Source: Octopus sinensis
Taxonomy: Eukaryota
Reading direction: 5' to 3'
DNA: 64,000 nucleotides
Assembly: GCF_006345805.1 (NCBI RefSeq)
Contig: NC_043016.1
Coordinates: 12,152,001 to 12,216,000 of the forward strand
Shown here: piece after piece, positions 12,490 through 24,264 of the stretch
How positions within the stretch are numbered: the first letter of the stretch is position 1
Layout: every line of letters begins with the position of its first letter
Notes under the pieces: model-generated
Told to the model about the DNA's origin: nothing
Database searches by the model: none
Seen by the model: the letters and a program-made list of their open reading frames with translations, nothing else
Position numbers and translations under genes: made by a program

Positions 12490-13318
12490 GACACTACAAA
12501 TGTACAGAAAATAGACTCCATCAAATGCCAATGGAGTAAGCTAGAGGTAGTTGATAGTTTTCGTTATCTAGGTGACCAAGTCAGTAGTGGAGGTGGATGC
12601 TCCGAGAGCATAACTGCTAGAATAAGAATAGGCTGGGCAAAGTTCAGAGAGCTCCTACCTCTGTTGGTAACTAAGGACTTCTCCCTCAGAGTGAAAGGTA
12701 GACTGTATAATGCCTTCGTGTAAACAACCATGCCACATGGCAGTGAAACAGGGGCTGTGACTGCAGAGGACATGTGAAGGCTTCAAAGAAATGAAGTCAG
12801 TATGCTTCGCTGGATGTGCAATGTCAATGTGCATGTATGACAAAGAAAAAAACTGGGCATAGGCGGCATTAGATGTGGTGTGCAAGAGAGACGAATGTGC
12901 TGCTATGGTCATGTGATGGGTATGGACGAGGTCAGCTGTATAAAGTGCCGAGCTCTAATTGTGGAAGGAACCTGTGAAAATGGTAGGCCCAGAAAGACAC
13001 GGGACAAGGAGGTGAAGCATGATTTTCGAATGTTGGGCTTCATAGAGGTGATGACAAGTGACTGAGTGAGACCTTTGGCATAATGCTGTGAAATAGTAGT
13101 AATGGCCATTCTCAGTGTCATGTGAATGGCACCCATGGAACTGTAGTCGTGGCCAATGCCACATAAAAAGTACCCATTACACTATGAGTGGTTGGCGTTA
13201 GGAAGGGCATCCGGCCATAGAAACACTGCCAGATCCGACTGGAACTTTGTGGCTCACCTGTTTCGGTCAAACTGTTTAACCCATGCCAGCATGGAAGGCA
13301 GACATTAAATGATGGTTT
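12490..13318 (+). mobile_element. RTE LINE 3' fragment with 3' UTR and GAT tail
   Basis: LEVVDSFRYLGDQVSSGGGCSES...RIRIGWAKFRELLPLL...GRPRKT, running into the abundant ...GGAAGGGCATCC...CATTAAATGATG tail. Confidence 0.9.
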
Positions 13319-14273
13319 ATCTGTATGTATTGCATAATAATGATAGATGGAAACTAGGCAATGTTTCAAAATAAGAGAGAGGCAGGAGGAAGAAGAAATA
13401 ACAGTTGAAATTCAGAAGTGCAAAATTAATGAAGTCATTATTCAGGAGACATCTTATATTGTTGCAGAAAATTTCGATTATGCATTTTTGTTCAATTGTT
13501 CACCATTCATTTTCCAGGATAATGAAGATCTTATGAAGTCAAGTCATTAACATATTTAATTCAGACATCAAAGATCTAATTTGAAATAACTTATACAGTA
13601 ACAAAAGGACTATGTTTGGATTAAGCTGTTTAGTCCTGGGACTACTCTGATCAAAAAGACAGACCTACAATCAAGGGTATTTCTACCTATGAATTATACT
13701 GTCTTTTCTGAGTACCCTGGACAACTTATCCAGGGTATCATTTTATAAGGATACATTAGGGTGTGGTTATAAGGACACAGTGGAATGTGGAACATGGTTT
13801 TTGTGGGATGTAGTCATGTGATCACATAGGAGCTCCCTCATCAGCTCCTGAGTAAAGCAATTTATTGCTGGAGGCAGCTTTTAATCAGAAAGCAGTTACT
13901 TGGCAAAGAGTAAATACCATAACATGAATGCATGCAATGAGGTCCAGAGTTCAATCCTACTTCACTGTTGTATCTTGGGTATCACCTCAAGTTAACCCAA
14001 ACCTTATTAGTGAAATTGGGTGTAAAAAAAAAAAAAAAAAAAAGAAACCCCCTCACTGAACGGATTGTACCAATAATTCAAGAGGTTCATACCCGTGACA
14101 CTGATTTAGCCTAGAATGATAATAGTACACGTATTTGGAATACTCATCCACTGACACGTTAATTCAATGAGTAGGTAGTGCTTATTTGATTGAAGAACCA
14201 AATATTCAACAAGAAAACTATATGAAGGAATACATTAAAGAACAGATGCCCTTTGAAGAGATAGGAAACTTAC

Positions 14274-14413
14274 TTGGATCAACAGTCTCTGTTTCTAAGT
14301 CAGTTTGAGAACCATAATGGATATAACTATACAGTTCGCTCTCTATTTCCTTTAATCTTTCTGCTTCTTCCTCTTCTTCATCCTTCTCATCATCATCATC
14401 GAATTCATCATAC
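14274..14413 (-). CDS. ZCCHC7: ZCCHC7 coding exon 2 (YDEFDDDDEKDEEEEEAERLKEIESELYSYIHYGSQTDLETETVDP)
   Basis: tcttcag| acceptor and |gtaagt donor; 140 nt, phase 2-1. Acidic run followed by ELYSYIHY, resembling the ZCCHC7 N-terminal LYSQIHY motif. Confidence 0.88.
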
Positions 14414-16556
14414 CTGAAGATACAATAGAAATATAAGTTACTGCCATCTGAGGGTTTCTCATTTACAGCAGAATGGACAGGAACAATGTGAAAGGTAGTG
14501 TTTTTTTTTGCAAGAACAACGCATCGCCTGGTCTGGGAATTGAAACCATAATGTTGCAAGCAAGAGTGTAACACCCTAAGCACTAGTCCACCATACAGTA
14601 TATAAGATTTGTTTTTATTTTTAAATATCTACTGAGTATAAGATTTTAAAAATTGTGGAATGGAAACCATTCTTAACTGTAACCTATTTCTTTATTACCC
14701 ACAAGGGGCTAAACAAGGACAGACATAGGTATTAAGTCGATTACATCGACTCCAGTGCATAACTAGTACTTAATTTATCGACCCCAAAAGGATGAAAGGC
14801 AAAGTCGACTTCGGCGGAATTTGAACTCACAACGTAACGACAGACGAAATACGGCTACGCATTTCGCTCGGCGCGCTAACGTTTCTGCCACCCCTGTAAC
14901 CATTTAGTCAGAACCAACAATGCCCATGATCTGGAAAGTAGCTCAACCCATACTAATTAGATTAATACAGTTGATTTTGAATTTCGATAGGAAGCAGAAA
15001 GTGGTGAAGTGATTTGTTTGTTTAAACAGAATAAATTTTATATCATCAAATGAAGACACATAAATTAGGAGTTTCCCATACCTATCTACCCAACACCAAT
15101 AGACACTTCATCTTCACAGCATTAAATTCATTCCACTATGGCATGTAAAATGCACCAATCCGACCGTGGCCGTTGCCAGCCTCGCCTGGCACCTGTGCAG
15201 GTGGCACGTAAAAAGCACCCACTACACTCACGGAGTGGTTGGCGTTAGGAAGGGCATCCAGCTGTAGAAACATTGCCAGATCAGACTGGAGCCTAGTGCA
15301 GCCTTCGGGCTTCCCAGATCCCCGGTCGAACCGTCCAACCCATTCTAGCATGGAAAGCGGACGTTAAACGACGATGATGATATGAAGTGTATAGCTTTTT
15401 CTTTACAGAACAGAACTTGTCTTCTTAGATTCTATTTCACTGTTAGCTTCTCAGTCTTTTGACTAAGGTTAAAGTGAAATATATTTAGTCAGTTGTTCAA
15501 AGGCATATGGTTCAGTGGCTACAGTTTCAGGCTCCCAATTGTGAAGTTGTGAGTTCCATTCTTGGACTGGGGTGTGTGTTGTGTTCTTGAGCATGTTTCA
15601 TGTTGCTCCAGTTCACTCATCTGTAGAAATGAGTCGCGGCATCACTGGTGCTAAGCCTTTGCCTTGGACAACATTGGTGGTATCAAGAAGAGAGGCTGGT
15701 ATGCATAGACAACTGCTGGTCTTCTACAAACTACCTTGCTTGGACTCGTGTCTCAGAGGGGAACTTTCTAGGTGCAATCCCATGGTCATTCATGGCCGAA
15801 GGGGGTCTTTGTTGCTCTCAGCAAGTGAGAGACACAGGAATGATGATAAAGACAAATGTATCATACGGGCTATAGTGGAGGTGCTTTGTAGTTTACCTGA
15901 TTAGAAGTCTAAATGAAATAAAGAAGAAAACGTTTGTTGACTAGAGATTGTAGTGTATTGAGGAGCAGTTAATTAAATGCCCTCGAAATTTTTGAGGGAG
16001 CAAGAATAATCTGGAAAGTGTTGAAAACACCAGGTTGTGAGAATAGTTCAATTTGAACTACTCTTATTCGTGTGCTTAACAGAGGATCAGCAACTAACCA
16101 ATATTGGAATATTTTTTAATATTCTCAAGAGGAAATATCTAGCTTTTGCAATGCAATTTTAGCAAGGTTAGACGTGTAGTTACAATATGTAGCATTTCCC
16201 GCAAAGTTGCTGTGAGATAAGCAGTTCTATTTCATTTGGCAAATATAGTCACACACACACACTTGCATTCCTAAAGCAAACCGAGTCAGAACATGTTTAA
16301 ACTGGGCTAAAATCCCAAGGTATTGTAAACAAAATGAAAAAAAAAATGAATTGCCAACTCATCCATATTACTCATAGCGGTTTTAAATGTTACTATAAAA
16401 CCTGTGTACCTCAAAACTAAAAAATTCTGCTAAGTTTGACTTGCAAACGTTTGTTCCTGTAAGCTCCATACTGGGCTTCTAAACAGAAACGTTTGTAGAA
16501 CATTCAGGTAGAAATAAATTTTGTTAATTACAAATTTTAAAAGTTAAAATACTTAC

Positions 16557-16597
16557 AGCTCATAAGATTCGTCTTCATCACTAATACGGGGCAACAT
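16557..16597 (-). CDS. ZCCHC7: ZCCHC7 coding exon 1 (MLPRISDEDESYE[L])
   Basis: ATG at 16597-16595; 41 nt ending in |gtaagt. Phase 2 matches exon 2. A ttttcag acceptor 5 nt upstream of the ATG implies a further non-coding exon. Confidence 0.75.
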
Positions 16598-17979
16598 TTT
16601 CACTGAAAAGCAAAACAATTTCCTTTTATATGAAGTTGAGTCAGATTGTCTTCAAACGAGTTCAAATGAAATCATTTCTATACTTCTAATGAATTGGTCG
16701 TTAGTTAACTAGCGAGTATATTGTAAAAAGAGTGAAGACAGTGGTAAAGTTACCTTAAACATAAAATAGAATCCTTATTTATTAATCTAGATTAACAAAA
16801 TAACTATTTACGGTATATGTGAGGGGGGGATAGCAAAGAAAAAAAAATGCGATCATCATAACATTAAGCCAGGGCACAAGGAAAAATATGTAACACGATT
16901 TAGGATAACTGCAATTAGCTGATGGGTATAATCGAATAATTAGTATGATAGAGTTGGAAGTTTAAACTATTCCGTAGCGGTGACAGACATATAATTCATA
17001 GAGATATTAATTTAATTTACTATAACCATAAGAGAATTCCGGGAAACCGGAGGATAAAAGTTAGCCTCTCAAATATGGTGACCATTGAATCTATTTGACA
17101 GTAAAATTAACTGGCGTTGGTAGTAATATACAATTTCTTTTCTTGGTTAAAAAGTAATTTATTTGGATTAAAATATATCAGTTTTCTTTAATAAAAGAAA
17201 TATCGAGGGGAAGCAAAACTGAGTGGACATAAGGCGCATACGAAAGGCTAACATTAAGCATCCAAGATGCACCAATTCATATAAATACCAGAGTATTAAG
17301 AATACCCAACGTTATCCTATTAAAAAAATATACATAAATGCTATTATAATGCAAACGGGAGTTTGTCAACAAAACTGGGAAAGTAAAAGAAATGTTAAAA
17401 CGGCTAAATGTGTAGAGAAATTTGGAAGTTTTAAAGTAACCATTGAAAGAAGAAACTTGGGGTGGGTAAATATGAAAACATAAACAATCGGTCAACTGTG
17501 CAACAACAAATAATAAACAACGGGGTTTCTAGATTCATAAAGTAAGTTAATAATTTATGAGAGAAGAAAAAAAAAAGAGACACGAAGAAGATATTTGATG
17601 AATGGATATCAGAAATTACTGGTTTAAAAGACGAAGCCGATTGTGTACGTAAGTGTATAATGAGGTTATAATTAAGATTTTATATATAATTAATTTTTTT
17701 TCTCTCTTTGTTTAGTGATAGGAATAGAATCTAACAACATAAATTAACTTACAAAAGGTAGAATATACGAAAGAGCACGTGAAATGTTAGCAAAAGGTAT
17801 CATCCTCCCCCCCTAATAAATGAAAAAAAAAAAATCCACAAACTTTGAGTGATTTTTAAGTGAAAATATAAAAGACTAAAAGTTGTGAAATCTAAAAAAA
17901 GTCAGCGTGGTTCACCGTGCGACTCTTAAGTGAGCGGAGTTAGAGAAGAGAGTCGCCGCGCGACGACGTTGCCAGCAGC
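16598..17979. promoter_or_regulatory. Shared divergent promoter / 5' UTR region between ZCCHC7 and CCS
   Basis: The two ATGs are 1383 nt apart. No recognisable SINE copies here, and a CpG-enriched patch lies at about 17905-18000. TSS positions cannot be determined from sequence. Confidence 0.6.
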
Positions 17980-17997
17980 ATGGACTTCCCCAGCTCG
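17980..17997 (+). CDS. CCS: CCS exon 1 coding part (MDFPSS)
   Basis: gcagcATGg Kozak-like start in the CpG-rich patch, followed by |gtgcgt. Phase 0 joins exon 2 in frame. Identified by context only. Confidence 0.7.
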
Positions 17998-18184
17998 GTG
18001 CGTGATTTTTTTTTTTTCTTTTAATTCATAATGCTTCAATCATCATCGTTTTTATGGAACTTTGTTCGACTGCTGATCAATTGCTTTCCTTTAAATTTAT
18101 TATTTTCTTCTTTTGCTTTTTTTTCATATGGTTCGATACGTAAATATGTTTCTTTAGGATTGAAACCCTAACTTTCGCCCATTA

Positions 18185-19140
18185 ATTATTATTATTATTC
18201 CTGTTTTGTCCCTTTATGTAATCATGCGTGTCAGCCCTTGTGGCCAATAAAAAAGAATTGATTATTATTATTATTATTTTACACGATTTTTTCACAAACG
18301 GACAAAACCCTTTGCAACCTTTCGTCCTGTTTTGTCCCTTTATGTTTTCTAATCATGTGTGTCAGCCCTTGTGGCCAATAAAAAAGAATTAATTATTATT
18401 ATTATACGATAGGCTTCAAGGGACTGAAATTTGTAGAGAGGAGAGGTTTGTAAAGTAAATAAAACTGACGCTGCTGGTACTTAACTGGTATTTATTTTGC
18501 TTTGCGGTATTTCGTCTGCCGTTATGTTCTGAGTTCAAATTCCGCCGAGGTCGACTTTGCCTTTCATCCTTTCGGGGTCGATTAAATAAGTACCAGTTAC
18601 GCACTGGGGTCGATGTAATCGACTTAATACCTATGTCTGTCCTTGTTTGTCCCCTCTGTGTCTAGCCCCTTGTGGGTAATAAAGAAATAGGTAGTTATTT
18701 TGATGACCCCGAAAGGATGAAAGACAAAGTCGACCTCGGCGACATTTGAACTCTGAATGTAAAGCGGAATGATGATAATAATAATAATATTGAAGATGAT
18801 TTCAAATTTTGGCACAAGGCCAGCAATTGTCCCCTCTCTGTAAAACTTTTATGGCGAATAAAAAAACAGGTACTCAATTTCTCGACCCCGAAAGGATGAA
18901 AGGCAAAGCCAACCTCAGCGGCATTTGAACCCAGAACGTAAAGACGAACGAATAATAATGATTTCTGTTATAGGCAGAAGACCTGAAATTTGGTAGGAGG
19001 GGACTAGTCGATCACATAGCCACCACCACCATCCCTAGTGCCTTACTGGTACTCAATTTATCGACCCCGAAAGAATGAAAGGAAAGGTCGACCTCGGCGG
19101 AAGTTGAACTAAGAACGTAGCGGCAGGCGAAATAATAATA
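18185..19140. mobile_element. Cluster of SINE pieces (GAGTTCAAATTCCGCCGAGGTCGAC family) in both orientations. Other copies at about 14680, 30820, 31495, 34660, 36070, 47720 and 55960.
   Basis: Repeated CCCCGAAAGGATGAAAGGCAAAGTCGAC motif and (AAT)n tails. Confidence 0.8.
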
Positions 19141-21039
19141 ACAATAATCTGAATCAAGTACAAGCTACAACTAAAAAAATTGGTGTGCTCGCACACATCT
19201 ACAAATTTTTGAAATAATTGTACCTGTTTTTTTTAATCTACACCTTCTGAAAGGTATTTTGCAGAAAATTTCATTTTCTCATAACTTTTAGAAGAAAGTG
19301 TATTTTTATACCCTTCCTTCTAAAAGTTGTGAGGAAGTGGGGGACACACTTATTGCAAGTTGCCTTGCGTTTTACGTAGGTAAATTTTAAAATTTATTTT
19401 ATTATTGTTAAAATTAGACTAAAAGAAAATTCAGAAATTAGTAAATTTAACAGGTTCTTCTCTTTTATTCCAACTTCTTCCACTTCGGAAACGATTCGTG
19501 TTTCTTTTAGCAATTTGGAAAAACAAATGAAACTTTATCCACCTTTATGAGTGAAGCAGACTAGGGTAATAGAACAACGCAATTAACTTATTCTTTATAA
19601 GTACTTTTGAAAAACTAACAGTTTTTCGCTTAATTTTGGAATTTTATATCCGTTTTATTATCAGTCGTTTATGTACAAATTCTTAAAACTAATAATAAAG
19701 TTAGCAATGTTTCGTTTGTGCCATAAATAAAGTTTTGTTTCGTGAAGTGTGGTTACTGAATATAGACTTGGCAAGATAAACAAAATTTTGGAAGTTCCAA
19801 CTTGGATAACTCACTATATTTTCTTCCTTGATTTCTGGAAAGAAAACTCGTAAATTCTGTCCTCATAGTATGCGCACACTATCACTTTCTAAGCGCATGA
19901 TTAGTACACATATGGTCACTCTCACTTCATTTTTCACTCCCTTTAGCAAAGAAAATTGAATTACACTCAAGAATCTATATATTCTTGAAATTTAGAAATG
20001 TCGATTTTTGCCAATTTTTTTGCAGGTTCGTATTCCCTGTAGCCGAAAGGGAGAGGTTTGTGTCGAAAAAAACAACTTTTTAAGGGTGGTTTTTGTGGAC
20101 GGTGGACTGGTATTTATTTTCGATGGTTTGTTTTCCTTGTAGCTCTTTCATGTCACTATTTAAATTATTTTCTTCATCGTTTATATTTGAATATGAATTG
20201 TCAGTTGTTTCTTTTTCTTTTTTCTTTCTTTTTTTACTTTTAATATTATTATCAGGCAGATACATAATTGTCAAGAAGCCTCAGACAAATACTTTGCGTT
20301 ATCAAGTTACTACCCTTTATACTTTGAGTTCAAATCTCGCCTGATTTTCCTTTTATTTAACCGTGGTCGATAAAATAAAATATCAGTGAAATATTAAGTT
20401 ATTTAATCGTCTATAATCTCCCTCAAGATCTATGGGCGACGCTAAGAAGCAGTTTATTTTTCAAAGTTTTGGAAGTTTACTTGAAATGCAACAACTTCTA
20501 GACTTGTAATGTTGCTTATGAAGATGCATCATTCGTTACTTTGGCGCTACCACCTGCCAGAAATCAAGGGAAAAAGTCATTTTTTGAAAATTTTAGCTGT
20601 TAAGTTTGCATTCCAGTTACATGGTCTCGGGTTCAGTCCCACAGCGTGGCACCTTCTACTGTAGAAGACGGGCTTGATTTTTTTTCTGTTTGGTTTCATT
20701 TTCCGAAATTTTAAAATTAAGTGAAATTTTTCAAATTTGGAATATTGATGTAATTTTTCACGTTGAATCTGATGTTATTCATTTGTTCTTGAAAAATTTT
20801 AGAAAAGAGTTACTGAAGTTTAAAGTCTGATAATTTTTGTCTAAGAAATCAGGATTTGGAAGCTAGCATTTTATGCACAATGACACCATTACGACGACAA
20901 AACATTTGATGATTGAAGTTATAATAACTTAAGTCATATAATGCTAAAATTACCCCTCCCCCCAAAATGGTTAAATTACTAAAAAGCAGGTACTTCTTGG
21001 TTATCTCACCTCCATTCAAAAATTTAGTTATCTCCCCCT

Positions 21040-22740
21040 GTAGTGTAGGATACAGCTTAGTCACCTGTATATAATCAAGTTATTTGGGAAAGCACCGTCC
21101 CCAATGACTGGTGTAGCAGTATCATAGTCAGCTGCTGCAAGGGTAAAGGTGATGCCTTATGTAGAAACAACTACAGAGGTATCAAACTGCTGAACCAGGT
21201 CATGAAAGTTACTGAGAGGGTTATAGCACAACTGATAAGAAATAGAATTAAACTAGATGAGATGCAGTTTGGTTTTGTACTTGGGAAGAGTACCATAGAT
21301 ACTATCTTCCTAGTGAGACAGCTGCAGGAAAAGTACTTGGCCAAAAGTAAGCCATTGTACTTAGCCTTCATCGACCTGGAGAAAGCTTTTGACAGAGTTC
21401 CCTGCTCTGTTACATGGTGGTCTCTAAGGAAGTTAGGAGTAGAGGAGTGGCTTGTTAGAGCTCTGCTGTCAGTAAGGTGAGAGTCGGCCATGAATACAGT
21501 GATGAATTCAGCATTCAGGTAGGGGTTCACCAGGACTCAGTTCTCAGCCCACTCTTATTCATCATAGTCCTCCAGGCCACAACAGATGAATTCAAAACTG
21601 GATGCCCATGGGAACTGCTATATGCTGATGACCTTGCTCTTATTGCAGAATCTTTAGCAGAACTGGAGAAGAAATTCCAGATATGGAATCAAAGGACCTT
21701 AAAGTTAACCTAGCAAAGGTCAAAGTTGTTGTTAGTAAGAAAGAAGATAAAACTCTCGTTCTGTCAGGGCCATTTACCTGACAGAACGAGAGTTTTATCT
21801 TCTTTCTTACTAACAACAACTTTGACCTTTGCTAGGTTAACTTTAAGGTCCTTTGATTCCATATCTGGAATTTCTTCTCCAGTTACCTGACAGGTTCAAT
21901 AAGTTGGAAGAAATTCCATTCACTTTACCTAGTGTAAATTATGGACACATAAGAGAATGAATGGAATCACAGGTAGATTAACAGATAAAGTAGTCTTTGT
22001 GTGCAGGAACAATAAGCACTGAGAACCCACAGGACTTAGATTCTCTCAAATGCCCAGGAGGCTCTCTTGAGAATGTAGATAGTTTCTGTTACCTAGGTGA
22101 CCAAATTAGCATTGGAGGAGGATGCTCTGAAAGTATTGTTTCTAGAATAAGAATAGGGTGGAGGAAATTCAGATAGCTATATTATGGTGGGAGGTTTCAG
22201 GTATACCTAAACAAGTGTGTCCCCTCCTGACTTCATTTCCTCATAACTTTCAGAAAAATAGATTTTCCCTTAATGGAATTTATTACAGATGCCTTTCAAA
22301 GGTGTTGATTCTGATTATATTGTAATTTAATGTGGCAACAAGAAGGACTCTCTCTCAGAGTGAAAGGAAGACTGTATGATGCTTGTGTGTGAATGGCTAT
22401 ACTCCATGGTAGTAAGACATGGGCTCTGAATGCAGAAGACGTGTAGACTGAAGAGAAATGAAGGAAGTATGCTCCATTGGATGTGCAACATCAGAGCACA
22501 TGTATGACAAAGTGCAAATCTATTGAGAGAAAAGTTGAGTATAAGAGGAATCAAATGCAGCATGCAAGAGAGAAGACTGCACTGGTTTGGACATGTGATG
22601 CGTATGAATGTGGGCAGGTGCATAAAGAAGTGCCGATCACTGAAAGTGGATGGTACCTGCAGAAGAGGGAGATCCAGAAAGATGTGGGATGAAGTGGTAT
22701 GAACCAATTTCAGGATGATGGGCCTTATGGAGGAAATGAT
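21040..22740 (+). mobile_element. Degenerate RTE LINE covering the RT domain, rearranged internally
   Basis: YRGIKLL, QFGF...STIDTIF, AFIDLEKAFDRV, VGVHQDSVLSPLLF and LLYADDL motifs, with frameshifts, a fold-back and an insertion. Confidence 0.92.
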
Positions 22741-22801
22741 AATAGACCCCACTTCTTTGACAGTATCCTGCCACTTATATTATGACCATCAAACCTCAAG
22801 G

Positions 22802-24165
22802 GTATTCCCTGGCACTTGCCACCATCTCTCTCTCTCTCTCTGTCTTTACTTGACCATTCCATCTATATTCTGATCCCTGTCCATTGTGAGTATGCCCTGG
22901 CAGTTTGCCACCATCTATATCTCTCTCTCTTGCCTTTACTTGACCATTCCATTTATATTCTGATCCCTGTCCATTGTGAGTATTCCCTGGCACTTGCCAC
23001 CATCTATATATCTCTCTCTTGCCTTTACTTGACCATTCCATTTATATTCTGATCCCTGTCCATTGTGAGTATTCCCTGGCACTTGCCACCATCTCTCTCT
23101 CTCTCTCTGTCTTTACTTGACCATTCCATTTATATTCTGATCCCTGTCCATTGTGAGTATTCCCTGGCACTTGCCACCATCTATATATCTCTCTCTTGCC
23201 TTTACTTGACCATTCCATTTATATTCTGATCCCTGTCCATTGTGAGTATTCCCTGGCACTTGCCACCATCTCTCTCTCTCTCTCTTGCCTTTACTTGACC
23301 ATTCCATTTATATTCTGATCCCTGTCCATTGTGAGTATTCCCTGGCACTTGCCACCATCTCTCTCTCTCTCTCTTGCCTTTACTTGACATTCCATTTATA
23401 TTCTGATCCCTGTCCATTGTGAGTATTCCCTGGCACTTGCCACCATCTCTCTCTCTCTCTCTTGCCTTTACTTGACATTCCATTTATATTCTGATCCCTG
23501 TCCATTGTGAGTATTCCCTGGCACTTGCCACCATCTCTCTCTCTCTCTCTTGCCTTTACTTGACCATTCCATTTATATTCTGATCCTGTCCATTGTGAGT
23601 ATTCCCTGGCACTTGCCACCATCTCTCTCTCTCTCTCTCTTGCCTTTACTTGACCATTCCATTTATATTCTGATCCCTGTCCATTGTGAGTATTCCCTGG
23701 CACTTGCCACCATCTCTCTCTCTCTCTCTTGCCTTTACTTGACCATTCCATTTATATTCTGATCCTGTCCATTGTGAGTATTCCCTGGCACTTGCCACCA
23801 TCTCTCTCTCTCTCTCTCTTGCCTTTACTTGACCATTCCATTTATATTCTGATCCCTGTCCATTGTGAGTATTCCCTGGCACTTGCCACCATCTCTCTCT
23901 CTCTCTCTTGCCTTTACTTGACCATTCCATTTATATTCTGATCCCTGTCCATTGTGAGTATTCCCTGGCACTTGCCACCATCTCTCTCTCTCTCTCTTGC
24001 CTTTACTTGACCATTCCATTTATATTCTGATCCCTGTCCATTGTGAGTATTCCCTGGCACTTGCCACCATCTCTCTCTCTCTCTCTTGCCTTTACTTGAC
24101 CATTCCATTTATATTCTGATCCCTGTCCATTGTGAGTATTCCCTGGCACTTGCCACCATCTATAT
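22802..24165. repeat. ~89-bp minisatellite, about 15 units, each with an internal variable (CT)n
   Basis: 16 occurrences of CCCTGGCA(C/G)TTGCCACCATC at 87-93 nt spacing. Confidence 0.97.
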
Positions 24166-24228
24166 CCTGCTGTCTCCCACTTTCTCTCTCTCCTTCACAG
24201 CAGTACATCTGTTTCTGTTTTCATTCCT

Positions 24229-24264
<36 letters not shown>

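Noticed and set aside
13347-13550. 67-aa plus-strand ORF with an EEEE run
   Set aside because: Short, antisense to ZCCHC7, and without splice-phase support on either strand.
15839-15900. RTGATGA...CTGA box C/D snoRNA-like spacing
   Set aside because: The TGATGA comes from a SINE tail, there is no terminal stem, and it lies antisense to the host intron.
19871-19877. Metal-response-element core TGCGCAC in CCS intron 1
   Set aside because: A single 7-mer about 1.9 kb from the start is expected by chance and is not clustered.
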